Source: an uncultured Chloroflexia bacterium
GTDB lineage: Bacteria > Chloroflexota > Dehalococcoidia > DSTF01 > JALHUB01
Reading direction: 5' to 3'
Assembly: GCA_963726245.1 (NCBI GenBank)
Contig: CAVSBT010000037.1
Location: 96,001-160,000 of the forward strand
DNA: 64,000 nucleotides
Under the pieces are notes generated by a model that was not told where the DNA came from, did no database searches, and worked only from the letters and a program-made list of their open reading frames with translations. Made by a program: the position numbers and the translations under genes. How positions within the stretch are numbered: position 1 is the first letter of the stretch; each line of letters opens with the position of its first letter. Of the stretch, positions 1-10,694 are shown in pieces.

Positions 1-243
1 GATGAGCCCACCTCCGCCCTCGACCCGGAACTGGTGGGCGAGGTGCTGGAGGTCATGCGGGAGCTGGCCGCCGAAGGGATGACGATGGTCGTGGTCACCC
101 ACGAGATGGGTTTCGCCCGTGAGGCGGCCGACCGCATGGTGCTGATGGACGGCGGCCAGATCCTGGAAGAAGGACCGCCGCGCCAGTTCTTCGAAGCGCC
201 GCAGCACGAACGGACGCGCACCTTCCTCAGCAAGATCCTCTAG
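1..243 (+). CDS. Polar amino acid ABC transporter ATP-binding subunit, C-terminal part (5' truncated by window)
   Basis: [10 protein letters not shown] Walker B/D-loop from base 1, [14 protein letters not shown]-loop and the typical [10 protein letters not shown] ending of the GlnQ family. Confidence 0.9.
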   Translation, partial: DEPTSALDPELVGEVLEVMRELAAEGMTMVVVTHEMGFAREAADRMVLMDGGQILEEGPPRQFFEAPQHERTRTFLSKIL

Positions 244-268
244 GCTAGGGAAGGAGAGGCGACGCAGG

Positions 269-1010
269 ATGTTCCACTTTCCAAGTTCCACGCTACCTCT
301 CGCTGGTCATCCCTGCCTACAACGAGGAGCGCCGCCTGCTGCCCTCGCTGCAACAGGTCGACGAGTACCTGTCGAGCCGGCCCTACGCCAGCGAGCTGGT
401 GGTGGTGGACGACGGCAGCACGGACCGCACCGGCGAGCTGGTGCGCGCCTTCGCTCCGGCGGCGCCGGACCGGGTTCAGGTGCGCCTTCTGGCCCACGAG
501 CGCAACCTCGGCAAGGGGGCGGCAGTGCGCACGGGCTGTCTGGCGGCGCAGGGGGAGTACGTGGTGTTCACGGACATGGACCTGGCGGTCCCGCTGGAAG
601 AGGTGGGACGGGTGCTGGAGCGCCTCGAGGCGGGCGTCGACGTGGCGGTGGGGACGCGCCTTCACCCCGGCGGGAAGGACATGCGCAGCAGTCAGCCTCC
701 CCTGCGGCGAGCGGCGGGCCGCCTCTTCGTGCTGGTGCGGCGGATGGTCGCGGTGTCCGAGTTCGGCGACACGCAGTGCCCCCTCAAGGGTTTCCGCCGC
801 GAGGCCGCGCGCCGCCTCTTCGCCGCCCAGCGCCTCTCGGGCTGGGCCTTCGACGTCGAGCTCCTCTACATGGCGAAGCGCTGGGGCATGCGGGTAGAGG
901 AGGTGCCGGTGCGCTGGGACCACGTCGCCGGCTCCCACGTGGGCCTGCGGCCCCTGGTGGCGGCGCAGGTGCTCGGGGACCTCTTGCGCCTTCGCCTGTT
1001 GCACCGGTAG
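269..1010 (+). CDS. GT2 glycosyltransferase (dolichyl-phosphate beta-glucosyltransferase-like); probable indel shortly after the start
   Basis: LSLVIPAYNEE, VVDDGSTD, NLGKGAAV, FTDMD, DTQCPLKGF and WAFDVE motifs in the frame of ORF 399..1010. AAGGAGAGG plus ATG 269 lies in a different frame. Confidence 0.85.
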
Positions 1011-1114
1011 CGGCTGCAGGCCGTTGAAGGCGCCGCGGCCTGGTGCTAAACTAGCGCCGCTCCAGCCGAAGGACGCCGCGGGCGGCTAACGGGCACACCG
1101 GAAGGGAGGCGACA

Positions 1115-1369
1115 ATGCCGGAAGAGAAGGTAGGGGTAGTAAAGGACTTCTTCGCCAAGATTAACGTCGCCGGCATCGACATCACCGGCAACCTGAAGGT
1201 GGGCGACACGATCCACATCAAGGGGCACACAAGCGACTTCGAGCAGCTTGTGGACTCTATGCAGATCGAGCGCGAGCAGGTGCCGGAGGCAAAGCCGGGC
1301 GATGCGATCGGGATCAAGGTGAAGGAGCGCTGCCGGGGCGGCGACGCGGTCTACAAGGTCACGCCCTAG
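1115..1369 (+). CDS. Small translation-factor beta-barrel (EF-Tu domain II-like) protein
   Basis: GGGAGG RBS; VGVVKDFFAKINVAGI...LKVGDTIHIKG...SMQIE...GDAIGIKV pattern. Confidence 0.75.
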   Translation: MPEEKVGVVKDFFAKINVAGIDITGNLKVGDTIHIKGHTSDFEQLVDSMQIEREQVPEAKPGDAIGIKVKERCRGGDAVYKVTP

Positions 1370-1800
1370 AGCATAGCCCGGCGACGCCGCGCCAGGCTTG
1401 TGAGCACGATCCCATTAAAGCTGATCAGGAGCGCCCCCAGGAAGGCGGCCCAGAAGCCGTCGACCGAGAAATTGACGTTAAGCTGGCCGGCCGCCCAGGC
1501 TGTGAGGGCCAGCATGGCGGCATTGAGGATGAGGGTGAAGAGGCCCAGGGTCAGGATCTGGAAGGGACAGCTCAGCCAGAACAGGACGGGCCGCACGAAG
1601 CTGTGCACGATAGCGAAGATGGCCGTCGAGACCAGCAGGGCCTGCCAGTCTCCCACCCGCACGCCACGCACCCACTGACCGGCCAGGAAGATGCCGATGG
1701 CGCTGACGACGAAGCGCAGCGCCAGGTTCGCCGCAGACCACTCGTCGTGGCGGCGCGGCGGCCACTGCCAAACCCACGCGCGATAGGAGCCGTCGCTCAC
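1366..1800 (-). CDS. YvlD-like 4-TM 'phage holin family' membrane protein
   Basis: VRPVLFWLSCPFQILTLGLFTLILNA and VDGFWAAFLGAL signature. Confidence 0.8.
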   Translation of the reverse strand: MSDGSYRAWVWQWPPRRHDEWSAANLALRFVVSAIGIFLAGQWVRGVRVGDWQALLVSTAIFAIVHSFVRPVLFWLSCPFQILTLGLFTLILNAAMLALTAWAAGQLNVNFSVDGFWAAFLGALLISFNGIVLTSLARRRRAML

Positions 1801-2231
1801 GTATCCTCAGGCTCTGGCGCCCGCTTGTCCTGCTTCCTCCCCGGCTTGAAGCGGCTCCACATCCCCTGGATCTGGGTCTGGATCTGGCGGTGTCGCTGAA
1901 CCTTCTCTTCCTGCTCTACGACAGCCGCGCTCTCGATCTCGGCGGGAGTCAGGGAGTCGAGGATCTCGTCCGGCTGCTCGCCGAGGCGTAGTCGCCGCGA
2001 GATGGCGATGCCGGCCAGGAGCACGAGGCCGGTGGAGACGACGGCGGCGGGACCGGTGAACCGCCGGTAGCGCCGGGCCAGGTCCGGGAAGCGCCCGACG
2101 GCCTGATGGGCGAGGTTGAGGGCATGCCTGGTGGCGCCATCGGGTTGCTCGCCGTCTAGTGCGTCCCAGGCCTGGTCCTCTCCCGCCGCTGGGTCCGCGG
2201 GCGGCGAGGCTCCATCCTTTACTTCCGGCAT
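1797..2231 (-). CDS. Hypothetical membrane-anchored protein
   Basis: 144-aa ORF with one hydrophobic segment, coupled to ribH (TGATG overlap) and to the next gene. Confidence 0.6.
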   Translation of the reverse strand: MPEVKDGASPPADPAAGEDQAWDALDGEQPDGATRHALNLAHQAVGRFPDLARRYRRFTGPAAVVSTGLVLLAGIAISRRLRLGEQPDEILDSLTPAEIESAAVVEQEEKVQRHRQIQTQIQGMWSRFKPGRKQDKRAPEPEDT

Positions 2232-2709
2232 CAGTTGGTTCCCTCCACCTGCTCCAGCAGGTTCGCCATCTCGATGGCGGCGACGACGGCGTCATAGCCC
2301 TTGTTGCCCGCCTTGCCGCCGGCCCTGTCCAGAGCCTGCTCGAGAGTGTTGGCCGTGATGACGCCGAAGATAGTGGGGACGCCGGTGTCCAGGGCCACCC
2401 GGCTGATGCCGGCGGCAGCCTGACCGGCCACGTAGTCGAAGTGAGGCGTCTCGCCGCGGATCACGGCACCCAGGCAGACTATGGCGTCGTAGCGGCCGCG
2501 CTCCGCCAGCCGGCGGGCCGCCAGGGGCAGCTCCATGCGCGCCAGGCACCCAGGCCACGTCCACCTTCTCCTGGTCGACGCCGTGGCGGGCCACCGCGTC
2601 GTTGGGCGCCGGCCAGCAGCCGCTCGGTCACCAGGCGGTTGAAGCGGGAGACGACGATAGCCAGGGAGAGCCCCTGGCCGGAAAGCCTGCTCTCAAAGGT
2701 CTTGGCCAC
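2231..2709 (-). CDS. ribH: 6,7-dimethyl-8-ribityllumazine synthase (frameshifted in this sequence)
   Basis: IVVSRFN, VAWVPGA and ELP...[16 protein letters not shown] pieces spread over three ORF frames. Confidence 0.9.
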
Positions 2710-2719
2710 GCTTCCCCCT

Positions 2720-3934
<1,215 letters not shown>

Positions 3935-3974
3935 GTTACGCCCTGTCTGGGCCTTTGAGACTGGTGGTCTTCTG

Positions 3975-4027
3975 CTCTGCGGATTGAAATCCGCAGCTTC
4001 CTCGAAGCTGAGGGTTTCAACCCTCAG
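3975..4027. repeat. Pair of REP-like palindromes between ribE and ribBA
   Basis: CTGCGGATTGAAATCCGCAG and CTGAGGGTTTCAACCCTCAG hairpins. Confidence 0.65.
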
Positions 4028-4047
4028 AGAGGAATCGCCGCTGACCG

Positions 4048-4647
4048 TCAGTGCGTCCCCGGCCCGTGGCCCCGCTCCGTCAGCAATTGGTCCACGTAGC
4101 GGGCTATGATGTCCGACTCCAAGTTTACTCGATCGCCTGGCTTTCGGCGAGTGAGGCCGGTGTTCTCCTGTGTGTACTGCACAAGCGAGACGACGAACGA
4201 CGTCTCGTCCTTGTCCACCACCGTCAGGCTGACGCCATCGATGGCGACGGGGCCCTTGACGACGACATAGCGCAGGATCTCGGGCGGCGCCGAGAAGCGG
4301 GCGAGCACGGCATCGGCCTCGGGGGTGACGGATACGAGGGCGCCGGTGGCCTCGACCACACCGCGCACCAGGTGGCCGCCCATGCGCCCGCCGAGCGGCG
4401 TGGCCCTCTCCAGGTTCACCAGGTTGCCGGGCTTCAGGTCTCCCAGGTTGCTGCGCCGGTAGCTCTCCGGCATGACGTTGGCCTCGAAGCTCTCCTCGTC
4501 CATGTTGGCCACGGTGAGGTCGACGCCGTTGATGGCGATGCTGTCGCCGAGATTGGTGCCCAAGAGCACCTTCTGGGCCTCGATGACCAGCCGGCCCTCG
4601 TCCGCGACGCGCACCCTCCCCGTCTCTTCGATGATGCCCGTGAACAT
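4048..4647 (-). CDS. ribE: Riboflavin synthase family protein with atypical active-site residues
   Basis: MFTGIIEE start, VNLER and VNLESD repeats, position in rib operon. Confidence 0.9.
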   Translation of the reverse strand: MFTGIIEETGRVRVADEGRLVIEAQKVLLGTNLGDSIAINGVDLTVANMDEESFEANVMPESYRRSNLGDLKPGNLVNLERATPLGGRMGGHLVRGVVEATGALVSVTPEADAVLARFSAPPEILRYVVVKGPVAIDGVSLTVVDKDETSFVVSLVQYTQENTGLTRRKPGDRVNLESDIIARYVDQLLTERGHGPGTH

Positions 4648-5783
4648 CAGTCCTTGTTTCCTCTCTCCTGTCCAGTGTACCCCGTCACCAGCAGGTCCTC
4701 CCCCAACCGCTCAACAGAGACGTCCTGCAGGCGCTGGGCGTCGGCCATGCGAGGGGCGCCGCGTCCGGCGACGGCCGTGGGCGCCTCCTCCCCTCCGATG
4801 ATAATCGGTGCGACGATGGCCTGCACCTTGTCCACCAGCCCCAGGTCGAAGAACCTGCCCAGCAGCTCGCCGCCTCCCTCCACCAGCAGGCTGAGGATGT
4901 CGTGCCCCCCAAGGTGGGACAGGAGCTCGCCCAGGTCCACTCGCCCCTCCGACGCCGGCAGCACCAAGACCTCGGCGCCGGCGTCGCGCATCTCCCGCCG
5001 CCAGGCGTCGGGCGAGGCGTCGGTGGTGGCAATTAGCGTCCTGGCGGGCCCGTGCAACACCCGCGCCGAAGCCGGCGTGCGGCCTCGGCTGTCTGCCACG
5101 ATTCGTAGCGGCTGGCGCGGCCCGCCGTCCGCGTTGCAGGCGCCCTCGCCGGGCTCGGGCCGAGCCGTGAGCTCAGGGTTGTCGATCAGGACGGTGCGCA
5201 CCCCCACCATGATGGCGTCCACCAGCGTGCGCTGCCGGTGGGCCCAGCGACGGGCCTCGGGGCCGCTAACCCATCGCGAGTCGCCGCTGGTGGCGGCGAT
5301 CTTGCCGTCCAGGCTGACGGCGAACTTGGCGATGACAAAGGGGAGGCCCGTCGTCCGCTGCTTGAGATAGGCCTCGTTGATGCGCCGCGCCTCCTCCTCG
5401 CGTTCGCCCACGGAGACCGTCACGCCCGCCGACTCAAGCTCCGCCTTGCCCCGGCCGTCGACGTGGGGGTCCGGATCCAGGTGCGAGAAGTGCACCTCGC
5501 TCACGCCGGCGGCCAGCAGGGCCTCGGTGCAGGGAGGCGTGCGGCCGTGGTGGCAACAGGGCTCGAGCGTCACGTAGAGGGCGGCGCCGCGGGCCGCGTC
5601 GCCGGCCTGGCGGATGGCCACCACCTCGGCGTGAGGCCCGCCGGGGGGCTGCGTGAAGCCCTCCCCGACGATGCGGCCGCCCTTCACCAGCACGGCGCCG
5701 ACGGCCGGGTTGGGGCTGGCGCTCCCCAGGGCCTGACGGGCCAGGCTCAGGGCCCTCTCCATGGGGTCAGTCGACATGGTCAC
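4647..5783 (-). CDS. ribD: Riboflavin biosynthesis deaminase/reductase
   Basis: PNPAVG, HAE, TLEPCCH...PPC, SLDGKIA, LVEGG. Confidence 0.97.
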   Translation of the reverse strand: MTMSTDPMERALSLARQALGSASPNPAVGAVLVKGGRIVGEGFTQPPGGPHAEVVAIRQAGDAARGAALYVTLEPCCHHGRTPPCTEALLAAGVSEVHFSHLDPDPHVDGRGKAELESAGVTVSVGEREEEARRINEAYLKQRTTGLPFVIAKFAVSLDGKIAATSGDSRWVSGPEARRWAHRQRTLVDAIMVGVRTVLIDNPELTARPEPGEGACNADGGPRQPLRIVADSRGRTPASARVLHGPARTLIATTDASPDAWRREMRDAGAEVLVLPASEGRVDLGELLSHLGGHDILSLLVEGGGELLGRFFDLGLVDKVQAIVAPIIIGGEEAPTAVAGRGAPRMADAQRLQDVSVERLGEDLLVTGYTGQERGNKD

Positions 5784-6358
5784 TCAGCGGGTCCGCGCCG
5801 GAAGTCCTCATAGGCGCGGCTGGCAGTGGGCTCGTCCTGGCCCTGGTACTTGCTCCCCAGGCCGGGGCTCCCGTAGGGCCTCTCCACGGGGGTGGAGAGA
5901 CGCAGGAACGATATCTGGGCGATCTTCATGCCGCAGTAGATGGCGATGGGCATCTTCGAAGCGTTGGAGAGCTCCAGCGTCAGCTTGCCCGTCCAGCCGG
6001 GGTCCACGAAGCCGGCGGTGGCGTGGACGAGCAGCCCCAGACGCCCGAGCGAGCCGCGGCCGTCCAGCCGCCCGACGATATCGTCGGGCAGGGTGATGGT
6101 CTCCGAAGTGCTGGCCAGGACGAACTCGCCCGACTGGAGGAAGAAGGGCGTGTCGTCCTCCATCTGCACCACCTCCGTCAGCGACTCCACGGGCTCGCGC
6201 ACGTCGATGTGGGCGCGATGGCTGAGGCGGAAGACGCGCAGGACGCAGTCCAGGTGCAGGTCGATGCTGGCGGGCTGGATACGGTCGAGCTCCAGCGGGT
6301 CGACGATGAGCCGCCCGGAGGCGATCTCCTCTCGGATAGTCTTGTCGCTGAGGACCAA
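5780..6358 (-). CDS. dcd: dCTP deaminase
   Basis: QPASIDL, SLGRLGL, TAGFVDPGW.G.LTLELSN, KYQGQ. Confidence 0.92.
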   Translation of the reverse strand: MVLSDKTIREEIASGRLIVDPLELDRIQPASIDLHLDCVLRVFRLSHRAHIDVREPVESLTEVVQMEDDTPFFLQSGEFVLASTSETITLPDDIVGRLDGRGSLGRLGLLVHATAGFVDPGWTGKLTLELSNASKMPIAIYCGMKIAQISFLRLSTPVERPYGSPGLGSKYQGQDEPTASRAYEDFRRGPAE

Positions 6359-6374
6359 GGGACCTCTCCCATGT

Positions 6375-6610
6375 AAGGGCGCAGCCCTTCGACAGGCTCA
6401 GGACATGGCCCTTCGACGGGCTCAGGGCGCAGCATGCTGCGCCCCTACTGCGGTGGCTTCATTCTAGCATCGGGCCGTTGGGGGCAACAAGGCGGCCAAT
6501 GGGTGCGGGGCCCGGCCGTCGTAGGGGCGCCCCTCGCGGGCGCCCGGTCAGCCGTAGGGGCGGGCCCTCGTGGCCGCCCTCATGGGGGCAGGGGCGAGCC
6601 CTGCCCCTAC
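6375..6610. repeat. Cluster of REP-like elements (CCCTTCGACnGGCTCAGG x2; GTAGGGGCG.../...GCCCCTAC units)
   Basis: Direct repeat of CCCTTCGAC(A/G)GGCTCAGG, GGGCGCAGCATGCTGCGCCCCTAC hairpin and GTAGGGGCG units in inverted orientation. Confidence 0.75.
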
Positions 6611-6623
6611 GAGGATCGTCGTC

Positions 6624-7346
6624 CTATTCGAGGGCGTAGAGGATGTCGACGGTGACGCTTACCTCCAGCTCGCCCGGCTGGATGGGCGTGGCCATCTCGG
6701 CACCCGCGGCCCCCGGCATCGCGTTGCGGAAGGCGGTTGGCGGTGTGCCGGTGGTCTCGCTGACAGAGATCGGCTTGCCTAGCTTCACACCGGCCAGCTC
6801 AGCCAGGCCCTCGGCCCGGGCGCGGGCGTCGGCCACCGCCTCCTGGCGGGCTTGGGCCCGGAGCGTCTCCGGGTTCTCGATGGTGAAGGTCAGGCCCTGA
6901 ACCTGGACGACATCGCCGCCGGCCTTCGCCGCGTCGTCGATTATTTGCCCTGTGCTGTCAAGGTTGCGCACCTTGACTTCGACGATGTTGGTGACCCGGA
7001 AGCCAATCAGCTCCTGCTTGCCGTCCGGATACTGGTACTCCGGCTCGATGCTGAACTGCTGGGTTTGAACGTCCTTCTCAGCCACGCCATCGCCCTTGAC
7101 GGCGCTATTGACAGCGTTCATGGCAGTGGCGGCGGCGTCCCGCGCCTCCTTGACCGTCTTTCCCTCTGTGGAGACGCCTAGATCAAGAAGAGCCAGGTCC
7201 GGCGCGCCCGAGGCCTGCCCGGTGCCGCTGACGGAGATGCCCTGCGCCTGGCCGGACGGCTGGACCTTGACGTTCTCGTTTGTGGTGCAGGCCACAGCCA
7301 GGGCGGCCAGGCCCAGGAAAACGGCTATCAGGAGTGTCTTGTGCAT
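6624..7346 (-). CDS. SIMPL/DUF541 family lipoprotein
   Basis: GGAGG RBS before ATG 7346; lipobox LAVAC; ISVSGTG...PDLA, AVADARARAE, IQPGE..VSVTV. Confidence 0.88.
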   Translation of the reverse strand: MHKTLLIAVFLGLAALAVACTTNENVKVQPSGQAQGISVSGTGQASGAPDLALLDLGVSTEGKTVKEARDAAATAMNAVNSAVKGDGVAEKDVQTQQFSIEPEYQYPDGKQELIGFRVTNIVEVKVRNLDSTGQIIDDAAKAGGDVVQVQGLTFTIENPETLRAQARQEAVADARARAEGLAELAGVKLGKPISVSETTGTPPTAFRNAMPGAAGAEMATPIQPGELEVSVTVDILYALE

Positions 7347-7407
7347 CACTCTTACCTCCATTGAAGCACGCCCCGAATCTCTGCGGGCAAGCGTGCAGTC
7401 AACCCGT

Positions 7408-8208
7408 CTAGATGCGGCCCGCTCGCCGCCGTCGCCGCCAGAGCAAGGCGACCGACGCCAGGAAGGCGGCACCCGCCACGCCCTGGAAGCCGCGCAGGAC
7501 CCAGCGGCCGTTGCCCCCGCCTTCCCCGGCAATCGCGGTTGGCGGCGTCGGGGCCGCTGCGGTCGGGGCCGGCGTTTCCGTGGGTGCGGAGGCCCCGGCG
7601 AAGGCCTCCGGCGTGCCGGCGGCCTGCGGCGTGCCCGGCTGCTTCCCGCTCGCCGAGCGCCGGTTGGGCGGCGCCAGCACCGGGGCAGGCGTCGGCGCCG
7701 GTGCGGGCGCGGCCTGCATGGACGGCTCCACGAAGCCCTGGGTGGTGCCCGGAGACGTTGTGGGCGGCGCTCCGCTCAACGCCTGGTCGGCCCGCATGGC
7801 CTCCTTCGCCAGGGAGGCCGGGACGGCGCCCTCCGGCGCGCCTCCACCACCCAGGGTTCCGAGGTCGACGCCTACCAGCACGACAAAGAGGACCAACGTC
7901 GCCACGGCCGCGCCTGCCGGGCCGAAGGCGAACGTGCGCGGCAGCCACGCGGTCCCGGCCGGCCTGCGCCTCTGCGGCGCCTCTACCTGCTCCGGCCGCA
8001 GAGTGAAGGAGCGAGGCGCCGGCATCGAGGGCAGGTCACGCAGGCCCTCGACGACGGCCCGCAGCTCCTTCATATGGCGGCGGCAGGGCCCGCAGGAGGT
8101 CAGGTGCCTCTCGAGGCGCGCCGATTCCGCCGGTGAGAGCCGTCCGTCCAGGTAGGCGGACAGGTCTTCTTCGCCGAACGGGTGTCTTCTGACGAACGGG
8201 TTTCGCAA
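7408..8208 (-). CDS. Zinc-finger (HxxxCxxC) membrane anti-sigma factor
   Basis: LSAYLDG...HLTSCGPC, TM segments, directly downstream of an ECF sigma; TTG start inferred. Confidence 0.8.
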   Translation of the reverse strand: MRNPFVRRHPFGEEDLSAYLDGRLSPAESARLERHLTSCGPCRRHMKELRAVVEGLRDLPSMPAPRSFTLRPEQVEAPQRRRPAGTAWLPRTFAFGPAGAAVATLVLFVVLVGVDLGTLGGGGAPEGAVPASLAKEAMRADQALSGAPPTTSPGTTQGFVEPSMQAAPAPAPTPAPVLAPPNRRSASGKQPGTPQAAGTPEAFAGASAPTETPAPTAAAPTPPTAIAGEGGGNGRWVLRGFQGVAGAAFLASVALLWRRRRRAGRI

Positions 8209-8245
8209 TGCGTTGCCTCGATCTGCCGGGGCCACAGGCCCTCTA

Positions 8246-8845
8246 CTAGGTTGGACGCTGCCCCGGCGGCGAAAGTTCCCCCTGCTCCAGCAGGTAAAGC
8301 CGCAGGCGCCCGCGGCCACGGCTGATGCGCGATTTCACGGTGCCGAGAGACGAACCCATGACCTGGCCGACCTCCTCATAGCTCAAACCCTGCACGTCGG
8401 CGAGGATGACGGCCAGCCGCTGGTCCGGCGGCAGGGTGAGGAGCGCGGCCTGCATCGAGCGGGCCCGCTCGGAACGCAGGGCCAGCTCCTCGGGCCCCGC
8501 AGCGCTATCGGGAACGTCCAGGGCGGTCTCGCTGTCCGAGAACGGTGCCTCCAGGGACACCTGCGGCCGGCGGCGGCGACGGCGCAGCTCATCGATGGCG
8601 GCGTTGGCGGCGATGCGAAAGAGCCAGGCGCGAAAACTCGGGCCCCGGAACCGGCGTATGTTATTGTAGGCGGCCAGAAAGGCCTCCTGGGTGGCGTCCT
8701 CGGCCGCCTCCCGGACGCCCAGCATCCGCCGGCAGAGATTGTAGACCTGGCCCTGGTACATCTCCACCAGGGCGTTGAAGGCCGGCAGGTCGCCCTCCCG
8801 GCTGAGGGCCACCAGCCGATCATCCTCTGGGGCGGTAGCCTGCAA
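8246..8845 (-). CDS. ECF sigma-70 factor
   Basis: AEDATQEAF, FRAWLFRIAAN, GLSYEEVG...GTVKSRISRGR. Confidence 0.95.
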   Translation of the reverse strand: MQATAPEDDRLVALSREGDLPAFNALVEMYQGQVYNLCRRMLGVREAAEDATQEAFLAAYNNIRRFRGPSFRAWLFRIAANAAIDELRRRRRRPQVSLEAPFSDSETALDVPDSAAGPEELALRSERARSMQAALLTLPPDQRLAVILADVQGLSYEEVGQVMGSSLGTVKSRISRGRGRLRLYLLEQGELSPPGQRPT

Positions 8846-8969
8846 AGGTGACCTCGCCGCCGCTCCTGGACTGCGCCGTCGCGCTGAAAGGGGCTTGCGG
8901 CGCCATCATTCTAGCAGAGGGGGGTCCGGCAGTCTGTCAGGCTTTCCTATGCTATACTGGGATTCTGAC

Positions 8970-9782
8970 ATGACCAAACCCGCTTCCGAGGAACCCCCCT
9001 TCTTCAAGATGGCCCGTGAGTCCGCGCCAGGCGACCCTCCGACCGGCGCAGAAGCGGCGGAACCTGACGCTCTGTTCTGGTCGAGCGGCGCCGATGAGGG
9101 CATCTACTCCGGACGCGGCGAGCCGTATCCCTGGCCGGTGGACCAGGAGGCACCGCCCAAGCCCAGGCGAGGCCCCCGCATAAGGCGGCTGGCGCGGGAG
9201 CTCGTCGAGACCTTCATCCTCGCTCTCCTCATCTTCCTTGCCGTCCGAACCGCCTTTCAGAACTTCCGGGTAGAAGGCTCCAGCATGGACCCCGTCCTTC
9301 AAAACGGCCAGTACTTGATCGTCAACAAGGCCATCTATGCCCACATCAACCTCAAGACCATCAGCCGCTTCCTCCCCTTCATCGACCCTGGTGACGACCC
9401 GGTCCACTACATCTTCCGCCGTCCCCAGCGAGGCGACGTGATAGTGTTCCGCTTTCCCGGCAACCCCGACCGGGATTTCATCAAGCGCATCATCGGCGAG
9501 CCGGGCGACACCGTGGAGGTCAAGAACGGCAACGTCTACATCAACGGCGGCGCGCTCGACGAGCCCTACACCATGAGCAAGCCTACCTACACCTACGGGC
9601 CGACGGAGGTGCCCCCCAGGCAATACTTCGTCCTAGGCGACAACAGGAACAACAGCTACGATTCCCACTCGTGGGGTTTCGTTCCGCAGGAGAACATCAT
9701 CGGCCAGGCCTGGCTCTCTTACTGGCCGAAGGACGCCTGGGGGCTGGTCCTCAACAAGAACCTCTCGCCGCAGGCCCCCTGA
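8970..9782 (+). CDS. lepB: Signal peptidase I
   Basis: EGSSMDP (catalytic Ser), RGDVIVF, FIKRIIG (catalytic Lys), GDNRNNSYDS. Confidence 0.93.
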   Translation: MTKPASEEPPFFKMARESAPGDPPTGAEAAEPDALFWSSGADEGIYSGRGEPYPWPVDQEAPPKPRRGPRIRRLARELVETFILALLIFLAVRTAFQNFRVEGSSMDPVLQNGQYLIVNKAIYAHINLKTISRFLPFIDPGDDPVHYIFRRPQRGDVIVFRFPGNPDRDFIKRIIGEPGDTVEVKNGNVYINGGALDEPYTMSKPTYTYGPTEVPPRQYFVLGDNRNNSYDSHSWGFVPQENIIGQAWLSYWPKDAWGLVLNKNLSPQAP

Positions 9783-9784
9783 CG

Positions 9785-9880
9785 CCCAAACGGGCACACC
9801 GGCAGATCTGGCAAACAGGCATCTAGTATCCTGCCCGTTTTGCCCGTTTGTTCGTTTGTCCGTTTGGTCGTTTGCTCGAA
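9785..9880. repeat. Degenerate 8-bp tandem repeat (nnCGTTTG) with an upstream inverted copy
   Basis: cccgtttg-ttcgtttg-tccgtttg-gtcgtttg run; CAAACGGGCA near 9787 is complementary to TGCCCGTTTG at 9841. Confidence 0.55.
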
Positions 9881-9961
9881 CCATTTGCGTTCGCCAACAG
9901 ACCCCCTTACGCCAGACCCCGTATTCTGGAAGGATTTCTTTGATTCTGCTGCCGAAGGGTC

Positions 9962-10030
9962 TTGACAGAGAAGAGGTCTTGTTGTAATAAAGAGAGCGGA
10001 CAGCCGTTTTTAAAAGCGAACGATTGCTTT
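9962..10030 (+). promoter_or_regulatory. Sigma-70 promoter of the TetR gene with candidate autoregulatory operators
   Basis: TTGACA (9962)-17 bp-TAATAA (9985); imperfect palindromes AGCGGACAGCCGTT and AAAGCGAACGATTGCTTT downstream. Confidence 0.6.
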
Positions 10031-10032
10031 AC

Positions 10033-10692
10033 ATGCCTAAGGTATCCAGTCGCTACCTCGAAGAACGAAAGAGCGAGATCGTGGACGCTGCCGAGGCCTG
10101 CTTCCTGCGCAGAGGCTTCCACCAGTGCACCATGCAGGACATCTGCAAAGAGTCCGGCCTCAGCCCCGGCGCTGTCTACCGCTACTTCAAGAGCAAGAGC
10201 GACATCATCGCCGCCGTCATCGCACGGAGCACTGAGCGCGGCGCGACCCTCATCGACGAGGCACGCGACTCGCACGCCAAAGCCGCGCAGGCCCTGGAGG
10301 CCATCGGCCAGTACTTCTTCGGGCGGCTGCAGAAAGACGATACGGCGCGCGTCGCCGCCCTGGAGCTCGAGATCTGGGGAGAGGCGCTCAGGAACGCAGA
10401 GGTGCGGACCACGTACGGCCAGCAGTTCCGCCTCCTGAGCGGGGCTCTATCTGAGCTCTACCGGCTGGCGATGGCGCAGGCCGGGATAGAGTCCCCGACG
10501 ACGAACCCCATGGGGCTCGCCCACCTGTCGCTGGCCCTCTTCCACGGCCTGCAGCTTTACTACGCGCTGTACCCCGACGAGGTGAACGCCGGCGAGGTGC
10601 TGGACACGCTGAGTGCTCTGCTCCAGGCCCGTCTGTCAGAGAGCCGCGCCAAGGTTGGCACGAAGCAAGCCGCGGCGATAGGACGGCGTTAA
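10033..10692 (+). CDS. TetR/AcrR family transcriptional regulator
   Basis: MPKVS...IVDAA..CF..GF...TMQDICKESGLSPGAVYRYFKSK helix-turn-helix. Confidence 0.93.
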   Translation: MPKVSSRYLEERKSEIVDAAEACFLRRGFHQCTMQDICKESGLSPGAVYRYFKSKSDIIAAVIARSTERGATLIDEARDSHAKAAQALEAIGQYFFGRLQKDDTARVAALELEIWGEALRNAEVRTTYGQQFRLLSGALSELYRLAMAQAGIESPTTNPMGLAHLSLALFHGLQLYYALYPDEVNAGEVLDTLSALLQARLSESRAKVGTKQAAAIGRR

Positions 10693-10694
10693 GC

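Noticed and set aside
1366-1800. Prophage suggested by the 'holin' family gene
   Set aside because: YvlD-like proteins are common chromosomal membrane proteins and there are no phage genes nearby
6624-9782. Extended N-termini in the ORF track for the SIMPL, anti-sigma and lepB genes
   Set aside because: They overlap neighbouring genes; downstream starts with better RBS or domain fit were chosen
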